From Acidobacteriota bacterium (GTDB taxonomy: Bacteria; Acidobacteriota; UBA6911; RPQK01; JAJDTT01): a stretch of 64,000 bases of DNA. Both the position numbers and the translations under genes were made by a program. The notes beneath the pieces are model-generated. The model searched no databases. It saw only the letters and a program-made list of their open reading frames with translations, and had not been told where the DNA came from. The stretch covers positions 2,784,001-2,848,000 of the forward strand of contig CBDCJH010000002.1 of NCBI GenBank assembly GCA_965217775.1. Direction: 5' to 3'. Positions 10,585 through 20,972 of this stretch are shown here, in pieces (position 1 is the stretch's first letter; each line of letters starts with the position of its first letter).

Positions 10585-11930
10585 TTAGTGGAAGCGGATG
10601 GAGTAAAGGTCGGCGTCCTTCAGGACCACGCGCATCCGCACCGTCTTGCCGGAGAGCGAGCTCAGGTCGGATCCTCCCTTCCAGGCGACGGTCCGCTCGA
10701 TCTGGTCTCCGATGATCTCGGGACAATCCTCCAGCGTGTATCCGGGAATCGGCTGGCCCTTGGGGTCCTGCATCTCGATCCGGATGCCCCCGGCCGCACT
10801 GGTGGCGTAGTTGATCTCCAGCCGGCTTCCCTTGAAGCGCAACGGTTTAGTGACCATCTCGCCCCCCTGGTAGGGAGCGTTCAGGCTGGCGAAGCCGTCC
10901 AGGCGCAGGGTCATCCGTTCCAGGTACGCCGTGCCTTTCTGCCCATAGTTCCGCTGCACGTAGAAAGACATCTCGCCGTCGCCGGTGGGGACGATGCCGC
11001 AGGCCGGATAGTTGGTCCGGGTCGTCCAGTTGTTGACGCCGATTCCGGGCCGGACGAAGCTCTCCCGGAAGGTGAAGTCGTAGACCGTGGAGCCAGCCCG
11101 GGTGGTGAGCAGGACGCCGTCGGAGTGGTCTCCCGTCCCCGCGGTGCCCATCAGGGGCATGTTCTCCTTGACGAATTCCCGGAGCTCGGGCGAGATGATG
11201 CGTTGGCGGCCGCTCGCCAGCTGCTTGTCGCCGTCGGTCTTGACGTGCCGCGGGTCGGCGAAGATGATCCGCGCCGGCAGCGAGATGTAGATGTGGGGCG
11301 CCCGGAAATAGGGCTGGGTCTGGTTCGTGTAGAGGTGGTGCGAGGGAGTCGTCGTACCCGTGTCGCTGTAGCTCATGAGGACCTGGGGAGTCCAGTTGAT
11401 GAAGTCCTTGGAGGTGGACCGCGCCGTGGCGCGGCGCCCCCCCTCCATGTGCCGGGCGTAGAGCACGTACTGCTCTTCCACCTCCGACCAGAACATGACG
11501 TTCTGCGAATCGAAGTGGTTGATCAGGACCTTGGGCACGATAGGCTCGTCCCGGAGCATCCGCCAGCGGATACCGTCGCCGGAGAGGAAGCCCACCAGGG
11601 CGTTGGGCTCGACGGGTCCCCGCGAAGTTCCCTTGTAACGCTCCGAGGCGGGCACGCCGGGCCGTCCGTCGACGAAGGCGACGAACTGGCGCGCCTCGTT
11701 CAGGATCACGTGGTTTTGAGAGGAGCCGTCGACGGAGACCAGGCCCAGGTCGAGCTTGGTCCAATGGATCCCGTCGCGGCTCTCGGCGTAGCAGGTGGTC
11801 TTCCTCTCGAAGAGCGCACCCCGGTAGTACATGCGGTAGAGGTCGCCGTCCTTGAAGATGGTGGTGTAAAAGGCCGTGTCGTCTTCCGCGAGATTGTTGT
11901 AGCGGATGGCCACCCCGCCCGGCAACGGCG
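10585..11930 (-). pseudogene. 5'-truncated copy of the beta-propeller glycoside-hydrolase-like gene at 55750-57255
   Basis: Near-identical to the intact gene from LPGGVA onward, but the signal peptide and N-terminus are missing. Homology stops at ~11928. Confidence 0.75.
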
Positions 11931-11941
11931 AGCAGGAACCT

Positions 11942-11962
11942 AAAAAGGGACTGTCCCTTTTT
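11942..11962. repeat. Perfect 21-bp palindrome AAAAAGGGAC-T-GTCCCTTTTT
   Basis: 10-bp arms with a 1-nt centre, seen directly, ~12 bp from the duplication breakpoint. Confidence 0.7.
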
Positions 11963-12162
11963 CGTTCTGCCGGCTCATTGCATCCCGAAGTGCAACACCG
12001 CTACGGATTGGGGGAGTGCATTCAGCAGCCTACACTCCAGAATATTCAGAAAACAGCCTGTGCCCAAATACCAGTTTACGCCCTTCCTTTTAGGCACCAC
12101 CTGTACGGGAGAAGTAGTCTGTCTCTTTTTCAGTCCGGCCTGATGAAGTTGGGTCCCTTTAG

Positions 12163-12391
12163 CAGCCCGTGGCAAGAGTCCTGATTTCTCCGACTATTGT
12201 TCTTTCCGCAATCTGACGTGGAGATGGTTTTTTGATGAGTCCGAGAAGCCCCAAACAGCGGACCGAGCCCGATCGACGCCCAGAAGAGCTCCCAGAGCCG
12301 ACCCTGCGGCTGCTCCCGACCCGACCGCCTCCACTTCCTCCTGCGCCATCCGGAGGGTTTCCCCCAGGGTCTTGGTATCGAGTTCCTCACG
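12163..12391 (-). mobile_element. IS1182/IS5-like end remnant
   Basis: TTAG|CAGCCCGTGGCAAGAGTCCTGAT... matches the end at 19309; short deleted transposase piece TLGETLRMAQEEVEAVGSG. Confidence 0.7.
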
Positions 12392-12634
12392 GTCCTCGCC
12401 GATGCAGAGGGCGGCGGACTCTGGCTGCGTGGCGTGGAGGAAGGTGCGGAGTTGGCAGAGGTCGACGCAGTACTTGCGGTCGTAGTCGTGACCGTTGCCG
12501 GGGGACCAGCCGCCACCGCCGTATCCGGGGGACGGCTCGCCGACCGTGCCCCCCGATGGCGGCTCGCACGGATCGCCGGTGAGCGCCTCGCAGATCAGGC
12601 GTTCAAGGCCTGCTTCGGCGAGGTCGGTCGTCAC
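12392..12634 (-). pseudogene. hsdR: 5' remnant of type I restriction subunit HsdR
   Basis: TTDLAEAGLERLICEALTG...DYDRKYCVDLCQLRTFLHATQP resembles an HsdR N-terminus; truncated by the IS. Confidence 0.6.
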
Positions 12635-12635
12635 G

Positions 12636-12966
12636 TCACTCGGGCCGGATGCGCACTTCGAAGGCTTGGCCGGGGCGCACCGCCTCGATGGCCCGGGCGA
12701 TCTCTCCGGTGCAGAGCCGAACCCCGGACCAATCCGTCGACAGCAGCACGACGACACCGACTCGCCACCGGGCCAGATTCTGTTGGTGGGGCAGGCTCTG
12801 GTCGGTTGTCACCAGAACGTCGTACCCCTCGCCCTCCGCGAGATCGAGCAACTCGCCGTTGCCGTTCTGGGACCAGCCCTTCTCCGCCAGCGTGTCCACG
12901 GAGTGCCCGTGCAGGTGTCTGTCTCCGCAACGGTGCCGGCGTGCCCTGATCGAAGAGCAGCTTCAA
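12636..12966 (-). pseudogene. DUF5615/PIN-like toxin, frameshifted
   Basis: KLLFDQGTPAPLR, then a 4-nt AGAC duplication, then in another frame DTLAEKGW..NGELLDLAE...DVLVTTDQSLPHQQNL. Confidence 0.7.
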
Positions 12967-13190
12967 CGCGCCACCGCTGCTCTCAGCGCCTTCGCCTCGT
13001 GTTCGAGCACCGCACGGACTTGCCACTCATCGACGCCCGGAAACCATTCGATGAACTCGTCGATCGTCGCGCCGCCGGCAAGATTCTCGTAGAGCGCGAA
13101 CAGTGGAATCCGTGTGCCCGAAAAGACCCAGGCCCCGCTCACCCTTCCCGGGATCCGCTCGACGGCCGGGCAGGTGTTCCAGTTCGTCAT
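12963..13190 (-). CDS. DUF433 antitoxin-like protein
   Basis: 75 aa; VERIPGRVSGAWVFSGTRIPLFALYENLAGGATIDEFIEWFPGV. Confidence 0.8.
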   Translation of the reverse strand: MTNWNTCPAVERIPGRVSGAWVFSGTRIPLFALYENLAGGATIDEFIEWFPGVDEWQVRAVLEHEAKALRAAVAR

Positions 13191-13224
13191 GGGATGGCCT
13201 CCTTCGCTATGCCGTGTTCGGTCG

Positions 13225-13423
13225 CATAATGCACGTTCTGACTTCTCAGAAACGGAACGCCTCTCGGTACGTAGACGGTTGCTCCACCACGGGGTGTGAT
13301 TCCTGAACCGAACTTCGTGGCGAGATGAGGCAACGCCGCCACCTCCCAATGCCCCGGCTCCTCCCCCAACCACTCAACGCCGGAGTCCCTGCAGGCCGGA
13401 CTGGGCGTGAGGTTGGCGATCAT
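13225..13423 (-). pseudogene. hsdS: 5' remnant of type I specificity subunit HsdS
   Basis: RDSGVEWLGEEPGHWEV...GSGITPRGGATVY...GVPFLRSQNVH, a typical HsdS start. Confidence 0.7.
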
Positions 13424-13510
13424 GACCTCACCTCGCCCAGGATCTCGCCGAGCAGCGCTTTGGTCACCCTCTCCACTGGCAGGATGTTACCGCGAATCTC
13501 CTCCAGTGGT
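13420..13510 (-). pseudogene. hsdM: 3' remnant of HsdM
   Basis: PLEEIRGNILPVERVTKALLGEILGEVRS*, with an ATGA overlap onto the hsdS start. Confidence 0.55.
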
Positions 13511-13636
13511 GGCGGAACCCGAAGTTGTCCAAGGTAGGGCTGATACCACGTGAGTTGCCAAAGCGGCAATCAGAGATCAGGTGACTATCCGAACGGCTGC
13601 TCGCTCGCGGACTTCATGTCTCGACACTATGCAGCT

Positions 13637-13840
13637 TCACACCACGGTGGCCTCTTCCGTGACGAGATGGAGCCGAATCACCCTGGATGCACTGCCTCCC
13701 TCGAAGTAACAGCGCACCGCATCTCGAGCCATGGCCTTCAGGTCGTCCCAATCGTCCCCCTGCGTGAATATGTCATAGCCAAGCGCCCTGGCATCGTATC
13801 CACCTTCGACCGCCTCGGTCACCTCGAATATGATCTCCAT
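13637..13840 (-). CDS. HicB-like small antitoxin; partner HicA reduced to a few codons
   Basis: 67 aa MEIIFEVTEAVEGGYDARALGYDIFTQGDDWDDLKAMARDAVRCYF; the overlapping GTG AAG CTG frame stops after 8 codons. Confidence 0.65.
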   Translation of the reverse strand: MEIIFEVTEAVEGGYDARALGYDIFTQGDDWDDLKAMARDAVRCYFEGGSASRVIRLHLVTEEATVV

Positions 13841-13862
13841 TGGCCTGATCGTTTTCCTTCCG

Positions 13863-14230
13863 TCAGTTCCGTGACTCCCTGTTGCAAATGGTTTCCGCTC
13901 CTGAGCCCGGAGCGGCCTGATTGATCGGTTGACGGCCAAGAATCTCGTCAAGCAACCCGTCCGTTTCTTTCTCCAGCGCCAGGATATCCGCTCGAATCTC
14001 CTCCAGCGTCCGCATCGGCTCAGGCTTGTATGCGCGGTTGGGATCGATGCCTTCGATGCGCAACGGCCTTTCCACCGTCACCTTCCAGTAGTCGAAGGCG
14101 GCATTGTCGAAGATCTTGCTGTACTCGTTCTCCTTGAACGCGAGGAATGTCTCGCAGATCCAAGCGATGTCCTCCTCGCCGAGCTCGCAGTTCTTCTTCC
14201 CCAAGTTCTTCCCGTCAAGAAGCTGATCAC
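13863..14230 (-). pseudogene. hsdM: Internally deleted 3' fragment of HsdM
   Basis: KNLGKKNCEL...SKIFDNAAFDYWKVTVERPLR...PEPMRTLEEIRADILALEKETDGLL. Confidence 0.7.
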
Positions 14231-15093
14231 CGAAAACACGTCTCCATCCGCTCGTCAGATGCATTTGTTGCTAGTTCCCACCACTTCTTCGTGTATGTGA
14301 TGTAGCTCACGGGGGTCCCGCAAGCCTTGCAGACCGCCCCCCGTTTCCTGACATTTCGTTTGACGGCCCAGCCGCACGTGACGCACCGCGCAATATAGCG
14401 AGGCGGGGCAAATTCCACTTTGTGGCAACGGTCGCCGGCGCATCCGATCGAACGCGCGACTGCCTTCCAGGCGGCATCATGATTATGCTTCGGGCCGACC
14501 AGGGCGTGAGCGATCTCGTGGAGAATCGTGTCCCTTACTTGCGGGTCGGTTGCGTGAAGGCAATAGAGGCGGGAGAGTCCAATGACCTGGAGGCCGAAAA
14601 CGCAGACTCCCGCCTGCTTGGAGGCATCCTAGAACTGAAAGCTCCATCCCGTGAGTCCGTGCCGGCTCATCAGCCGCTCAGCCTCCGCCGCAACTTCGGC
14701 CAATCGGCGGCCATCGTCGCGATCAGGATTCGGTCCGGCTCGAGTCAGCAGACCATACGGAACGTAGTAGCTTCCGTGCTCCGTGGCGACCAGGGCGCGT
14801 TTGGGCCCGAGACGCGCGAGGATGCCCTCGATCCTGCCCTGACCGTGCGGGATCAAGACCTCGTCATCCGGGCGGAATTGGGCTTTGAGCTGGTCTAGCC
14901 TCAGAGTCACTCGCTTTCTACTTTCGGCTTCGTTTTGAGCGAGGAGGTCCCATGGCACTCGGTACTCGCCGCCGTCAGTTCCCACGATATCGGCTTTCCG
15001 AGGAGTCTTGCGGGCGATGTGCCCGCTGATCCAGACACCCCGGTACCTGAACTTCACGGGATCATGAATGCAGAACTGCGCGGCGCGAGACAC
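14227..15093 (-). pseudogene. SprT-like zinc metalloprotease with an in-frame TAG at 14629-14631
   Basis: Reading through the TAG gives ...GWSFQF*DASKQAGVC...RDTILHEIAHALVGPKHNHDAAWK...CVTCG...CKACG (HExxH plus a C-terminal Zn ribbon). Confidence 0.75.
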
Positions 15094-15469
15094 TGTCCGA
15101 ACTCAAGAAATTACTTGGCGTGCCCTGTCCGAAAACCGAATCACCAGAGTGGACGAAGGATCGGCGTTCCTCTGAGAGCCGGGACCTTGAGCAGGATCAG
15201 CTTCGATCGTCTACGGCCCACCGCTCCTGTTGCTTCCCCCATTCCCGATCGTTCCAGAGGGGGAGCTTATCATTCCCATGCGTCAGCGGGGTCGGACTTG
15301 CAGAACCGAACTCGCTTGCCCCGCCTTGTCGCCGAGTCAGAATGACTGGCGCCGGGACTCCATCAGATCGACCATCAACAACCCGCCCCTGACGTCTTCC
15401 TGTCCAAGAGGAGCAGGTGCCGCAGACGATTTCGGGGACGTTGGATTCAAAAACTCAAGTTACGAGATT

Positions 15470-17116
15470 AGTTCTCACCCATAAAGTCGGTTTTTTCGTG
15501 ATCCGGTAGCCGAAGGAGCGCGGAGAAACTGCAATAAACCGGCACGACCGGGGCCGACAGCAGGACTTCATGTCCATTGAGAGCGGATCACGGATTTTGA
15601 AGAGACGGGTCCCTGGCCGGACATCGCAGATCGATCCCAAGCCGCGATTGCAACAGTAGCCGGGCCAGGACCAACAAGTTGAAGCTGGTGATCGAGAGGT
15701 AGACATACTGCTGGAAGTGGGCCCAGCCTTTCCAGGTGCAGCGTCCGAGACCGAAGACTCGTTTGATCATTGAGATGCAACCTTCGATGCCGGCCCGGAA
15801 ACGTCGCAGTTGCCGGTAGACCCAACTGGAGCGCACCATCTCAGGGACCTTCAGTCCGCGTTTCTTGGCAAAAGCGACGTCTTGGATCCCTTGCTCCTTG
15901 GCCCAGTCCAGATTGGGACGGCTGGCAAAGCAACCGTCGCAACTGACCTGTCGAGGCCAACGGCCGTACAGATCATGCTGGCGCTGGATCCAAGGTTGGA
16001 ACTGAGCGGCATCGTTGGGATTCCCCCGCACCACCTCACCATCCAGCATCAGGCCGGAGGCGCCTCCGGTCAGAAACAGTTTGTGCCCCAAGACCGTTTC
16101 CCGGCGCTTCTTCTTGATGATGTCGGTGTGCGCCTCAAACAGGGAGAGGACCTTCTGGTGGGCCGGAACCTTCTCCCCCCGCAGAACCCGACGCTCGGTC
16201 TGAGAGATGATCTTGGCCGTCAACTCCAAGTAATGGCGTAACTTTCCCGCAATGACCTGACTGGGAGGGTCCGTCCACTGGTCCGCTTGCTGCAGAGTCA
16301 TCGTGGCGTAGTGAGTCGTCTTGCGAGCGACCTTCAGCAGATCGCGATAGGCTCGGTGCCAACGCTTTCCTCGACGGTTCTTGATCTTCAGACACCGCCG
16401 CTTGGTCCGGCGCCGGGGATCATGCACGACGATCTTGTGATGGCGCGCCAACCGGCGAAGCAGCCGGCTGAGGACTCGAACCGAGTCGCACAACAACTGG
16501 GAATCGGTCGGATAGGGGATGGGACTCTCCACGGCCGTGGCATCGACTCGAATCTTGCGGCCCCGTTCCAGCCCTTGGAGGTTGCCCATTGTACCAGCAG
16601 CCGGTTGATCTGCTGCCAGGTGCCGGCTTGGATGCGGCTGATGTTGTCCTGAAGGCAGGAGGCACTGGGAGTCCAGCAAAAGGAAAGACGAGCGAAACGG
16701 CGATAGCACTGAAAGTCGTTCAGGAGGAACGCCAACTGGGTGTAGGACAGTTGCTGCCATTGTTTGAGGATGGCCGCGCGCAGAACCTGCTCCGCGGAGA
16801 GCCCGGGAGCTCCCTGGCCGGAGTTGTCGGTGTCACACAGATCGTGTAGAACCAGATCCAGGATTGAGGGATTGTCGTCCAAGATCTTGGAAACGGCTCT
16901 CAGTTCCTGGGCGAGTCGGTGATCGGGCCAGAGCCCGGAAAGAGGACGCTGAGCTTCCCGTTTTCGACGCATTGTTCAAGCCCTCGGTTTTGCGTAAGTC
17001 ATTTGGTTGGTTTATGTTAGCACCAACAGACTACCAAACGACTATGACAAAAGCGGGGCTTGAAAATGCCCCTTAGTCCTTATTTCCCAACTGCTTACGG
17101 ATTTCCGGGTGAAACT
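15470..17116 (-). mobile_element. ISNCY-like IS, transposase frameshifted
   Basis: Ends AGTTCTCACCC.. / ..GGGTGAAACT. Transposase 16972-15588 is split by a 1-nt deletion near 16580; homologous to 5997-7298. Confidence 0.85.
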
Positions 17117-17173
17117 AGGAAAAATTCCGGTTGTTTTTCTCTCATGTAGTCGTTCCAGGTTCTTCTCTGGTTC

Positions 17174-19243
17174 TTAATGAACGGTAAGCGCGTGCGTAAT
17201 AGTCTCAGAACTAAATTGTAGCCGCTTAATGATATCGACGAATACCTGATGCCCTGGAACTAAATTGGACAGTTCTAAAATGACCACACCGGTTCGAAGG
17301 ACCTTAAACACGTCACCGTTATGCTCAATAATCGCGTTCTCTTGGCTTCGCGAAGTATTCACGGCGGCGTCCCTGATTTTTAGAAAAAACGTTCCGGCAT
17401 CCCTATTCTGGCCGTTGTCCGTCACGAAGAGTTGAATCCGCCCATTCCCTTGTTTGTCTGATTTAATGGTTGACTGATGGACCCTTACGCTGAGATTTCT
17501 CCGTTTAGTATGTGATGCTGAATTCTCAATCTTGTAGATGTTATGATATTCTGTGTACAGACATATTTTCTTATACTTATAATCCAGGCGAATTTTCTCT
17601 GGATCAAATTCCACGGGAACCGGCGGAAAAGACAGTAATATCGCCTTGCGATCCTTGTCGACATCAATAGATGTAGGCAAGACCACCGTCTTACCAAATT
17701 TATTCGGATTCTCCTCCCCCGGTTTGGGAATAGAGTCATCCGATTCAGTCGAGTTCTTCAGAATCAACGTGGCGGATATCCCGGTTATAGGGAGATTCTT
17801 ACCGCCTCTGATGGTAGCCGACCAACCGAGTTTACCCTGGGCAAGCGTGACAAGTTGGTTTGTCGGTTTCGGCAATGTAGGCTTTTTCTCCTTCGACAGT
17901 TCGAATGGAGCGTAGCTAAATGAATCACCGGAAAAAAACTCTGCGATTTCCACCCACAAGGCTTCAGGATACTTAGTTTTATCGTTAACATCCTCGAAAA
18001 ATTTGCCCGCCCGATTACAACGAATATGTTCGGCTAGTTCAATAACCTTATCCGTATTGAACTCTACGCCTTTTTTGATCCCAGGGGGGGCCCAACGTCG
18101 AATGGCCTCATCCAACTCTTTACGCGATCGTTGTTGGAGTAACTTCCCCGTGTTAGCATCACGAAACAATGTTTTAGAAATATAATTCATAGTCCGGTTG
18201 CCATCAGAATATTGATTCGGAACCATTAGGAGGAAGGTCAGATCATGCTTTTGGGGTACCGTAGCATACTTACTAGTTCCCGCATGCAGTGCCCCAAGTC
18301 GTATCATATAGGTGTTGAGGGTCAGACGCCCATCCGTAGTCAGACTATTATAATCATGGCTCTGTAATTTATTAAGGTGTTGTGAGAATGAATCCCAACT
18401 TGCCCCCAGTCCGATGACGTTGATTAAAGCACCCAAAGATAGTGTCGTTGATCGGATTCGATCAACCGTTCGGTCCTGGGAGGCCAATTCCATATGGTCA
18501 GTCACCAACAGAGGGACGACGAAGGGAGTATACGTTTTTTTATTATGCGACGAATCCGGTTCGGAATTCTGACACATCCTGCTGTGACCGGAGAAAAATG
18601 ACACGATTGTATAGGCATCGTAAGGCATATTACGAACATACGCCATTAATGTGATTTGAAGTGTTACAACATAGGTTGTGTATTCATTCCACTCCGGTGC
18701 GTCTTCCAAAGTGCGATTGAGAAGTTGGATATTTTGGTAAAGTGAATAGGCATCTCGGTACTCCAGTCGCGAATTCTTTTCGACGATGCCGATCAACGGT
18801 GCTAACGCGGTGAGCTTGTCTGCGTTGATTTCGGTATCGCGTTGCGTGGTCGTCGGGGAAATTCCACCTTGGACCTGTAGGTTCGCGGATATCCCTCGAT
18901 ATTGGGTTTCGTAATCTTGTTCTTGCAACGTTACCGGAATCGATTTCTTCAGCGCGAGTTCGGGTGACATTTCGAACGTCGGCGACAGGTCGTTAATGAT
19001 TTCGGTCAGTGGAATTGCCCGAGTAATCGAAGTCAACACCGCTACCTCTGGTCGGTTATCGACGTATAGCATTGTGTTCGGCTTACGAAACGCATGACAG
19101 CCAGTTAGTATAAAGCCGCTGGACACCAATACTGTGGTTAGAAATGCGAGTGTTGTACGAACACTGTGAAACGAATGAAGATAGCCAGTTAACGGATTCA
19201 TAATAATAAAGTGTCGTTTCTGGTAGTGTAACATATTCATCAT
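17174..19243 (-). CDS. Hypothetical low-GC protein, possible lipoprotein
   Basis: 689-aa ORF, AT-rich relative to its flanks; hydrophobic stretch ending in a lipobox-like FILTGC; no recognised domain. Confidence 0.65.
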   Translation of the reverse strand: MMNMLHYQKRHFIIMNPLTGYLHSFHSVRTTLAFLTTVLVSSGFILTGCHAFRKPNTMLYVDNRPEVAVLTSITRAIPLTEIINDLSPTFEMSPELALKKSIPVTLQEQDYETQYRGISANLQVQGGISPTTTQRDTEINADKLTALAPLIGIVEKNSRLEYRDAYSLYQNIQLLNRTLEDAPEWNEYTTYVVTLQITLMAYVRNMPYDAYTIVSFFSGHSRMCQNSEPDSSHNKKTYTPFVVPLLVTDHMELASQDRTVDRIRSTTLSLGALINVIGLGASWDSFSQHLNKLQSHDYNSLTTDGRLTLNTYMIRLGALHAGTSKYATVPQKHDLTFLLMVPNQYSDGNRTMNYISKTLFRDANTGKLLQQRSRKELDEAIRRWAPPGIKKGVEFNTDKVIELAEHIRCNRAGKFFEDVNDKTKYPEALWVEIAEFFSGDSFSYAPFELSKEKKPTLPKPTNQLVTLAQGKLGWSATIRGGKNLPITGISATLILKNSTESDDSIPKPGEENPNKFGKTVVLPTSIDVDKDRKAILLSFPPVPVEFDPEKIRLDYKYKKICLYTEYHNIYKIENSASHTKRRNLSVRVHQSTIKSDKQGNGRIQLFVTDNGQNRDAGTFFLKIRDAAVNTSRSQENAIIEHNGDVFKVLRTGVVILELSNLVPGHQVFVDIIKRLQFSSETITHALTVH

Positions 19244-19308
19244 TATGCTTTCAATAATTTCGTGATTCTACCGCCACATTTTGGGTGCACTAGATATGTG
19301 GGAATTAG

Positions 19309-20600
19309 CAGCCCGTGGCAAAAGTCCTGATTCCTCGGACTATCGTTCTTTCCACAATCTGACGTGGAAATGGTTTATTGATGCGTCCGGGAAGCCCAAG
19401 ACCTAAAATCGAGCCGGATCGACGCCCAGAAGCGCTTCCAGAGCCGATTCCAGCCGATCAAACGGCCCTTTTTCGCCCAAAAAGGCGCAAAATGACGCGC
19501 CAGGACTCGGCCCTGCAGACTCCGGGGCGTGCCGACCCCCGTCAGGTGGCGCATCAGCAGTCCCAGGTTGAATCCGCACACGTGGATCAGCAATCGCTTG
19601 CGCACGTTGGCGTGGCCCCGGACGAAGATCCGACGCAGCCCGCCCGTGGTGAACTGATGCACGAACGGCCGCTCCACCAACTCGCTCCGTTGCCGCTGCA
19701 ACCGTCGTCCCCGCCGGCCCCGGATCCGTCTACGATTGGCGTAGACTGGCGCCTGGTATTTCCGGTTCTTCCCCTTCCAGTTGCGCCGACCCCGATCCGG
19801 TTCCGACAGGTACCCCCGCAATCCCAATTCCTTCAATTCCAGAATGGTCTCGTTGCTGTGGTATCCCTGGTCCGTTACTACCTCCCGAACCTGGGCTCCT
19901 GACCCGACCGCCTTCACTTCCTCCCGCGCCACCCGGAGGGTGTCCCCCATCGTCTGGGGGTCCCCCAACTCCTCCGGCGCCGTCACCACCGCGCCCGTCT
20001 CCAGGTCCACCGCCTCTTCCACCTTGTGCCCCAGACGGGTCCGCCCGTCCTTGAGCTTCGTGATCTTCGCCTACGGGTCGTGTGGATTCACCCATTCCCG
20101 GTTGCTCGTCTTCTTCTTGCGCTTGCGGTCGAACCGAACCAGTTCCTTCCGCGTCGGCGTCGGGACTCCCGAGCTTCTTGCCAGTCCCTTCACGAAGGTC
20201 TCATAGTCTTCTCCCGTGTCCCGGCGCACCAGGCTGCGCATCGCCGCGTTCGCCTCCAACGTCGTCGCGTCGATCCCGATCGTCTTCCCCCGCACCAGTC
20301 CCGCTTCCGCCAAACGCGCCAGCACCCAGGTGAACACCTCACGGTGCGTCTCCACGTCGATGCCGTCGCCGCGTGCGCGACAAGGTCGAGTGATTCGGCG
20401 GCGTCTCCTCCGGGTCCGAGTCCAGAAAAGCGCGCAGGCTCATCGAATCCGCCACCCGCCAGGCGATGGCCCGTTCCGAGTTCAGTCCCTCGAAGTACCC
20501 GACCAACAGCATCCGGAAGTACCGTCCGGGCCGCAGACTCGGCCGCCCGATCCCGGCGGCGTAAAACCGGGCGCATAGCCCTTCCACGAAGGCGTCGAAA
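19309..20600 (-). mobile_element. Degenerate IS1182/IS5-like transposase (DUF772 + DDE)
   Basis: Fragments GRPSLRPGRYFRMLLVGYFEGLNSERAIAWR, GIDATTLEANAAMRS, VVTDQGYHS and RSELVERPF, split by frameshifts and a stop; IR at 19309. Confidence 0.8.
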
Positions 20601-20870
20601 AATGACTATGATCCCTTCATCGTCACATATGTCACCGTACTTGATCTCGAACGATGAGTCTGATGCCGGAATCTGAAATGAAATCCGATTTCGGAATACG
20701 CGTCGAAATCCCCAAACAACACAAACGATCCAAAAGACACAAAACCATATGAGCCCTTCAGGTTTTAGAGATGGCACGAAGAATCCTAACGTCACAACGG
20801 GTAAAAAGAGAACGCCACCCGCCGCTCTGCACCCAAGAAAGAACGAGCAAATCTGACGCTTGTTCACCAT
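20601..20870 (-). pseudogene. N-terminal remnant of a 2-TM + macro-like (DUF6430/ThsA-type) protein truncated by IS
   Basis: Two hydrophobic segments followed by NRISFQIPASDSSFEIKYGDICDDEGIIVI, resembling the start of a macro-like domain. Confidence 0.45.
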
Positions 20871-20972
20871 ATCGGAGAAGTATAGCCTGGTCGGGTGAGG
20901 ATAGCACACGAGGTATAATTAGGGAAGGACGGAGGTGTGAGTGTGTAACACTTCGGATGCAAGGAGAAATCT

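Noticed and set aside
8895-11930. Duplicate as a DGR template/variable pair or a simple assembly duplication
   Set aside because: Differences are not adenine-specific and no RT is present. The copies are too diverged for a simple duplication artefact, though a strain chimera still needs read-level checking.
9264-11943. Long + strand ORFs (483 and 451 aa) and their counterparts at 54099-57387
   Set aside because: Antisense shadows of high-GC3 genes on the minus strand; no motifs.
7861-14631. Stop-codon recoding (in-frame TGA at 7861 and TAG at 14629)
   Set aside because: TGA and TAG end intact genes elsewhere in the window; the aligned residues are not Sec/Pyl-type and no suppressor tRNA is seen. 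Simple nonsense mutations are more likely.
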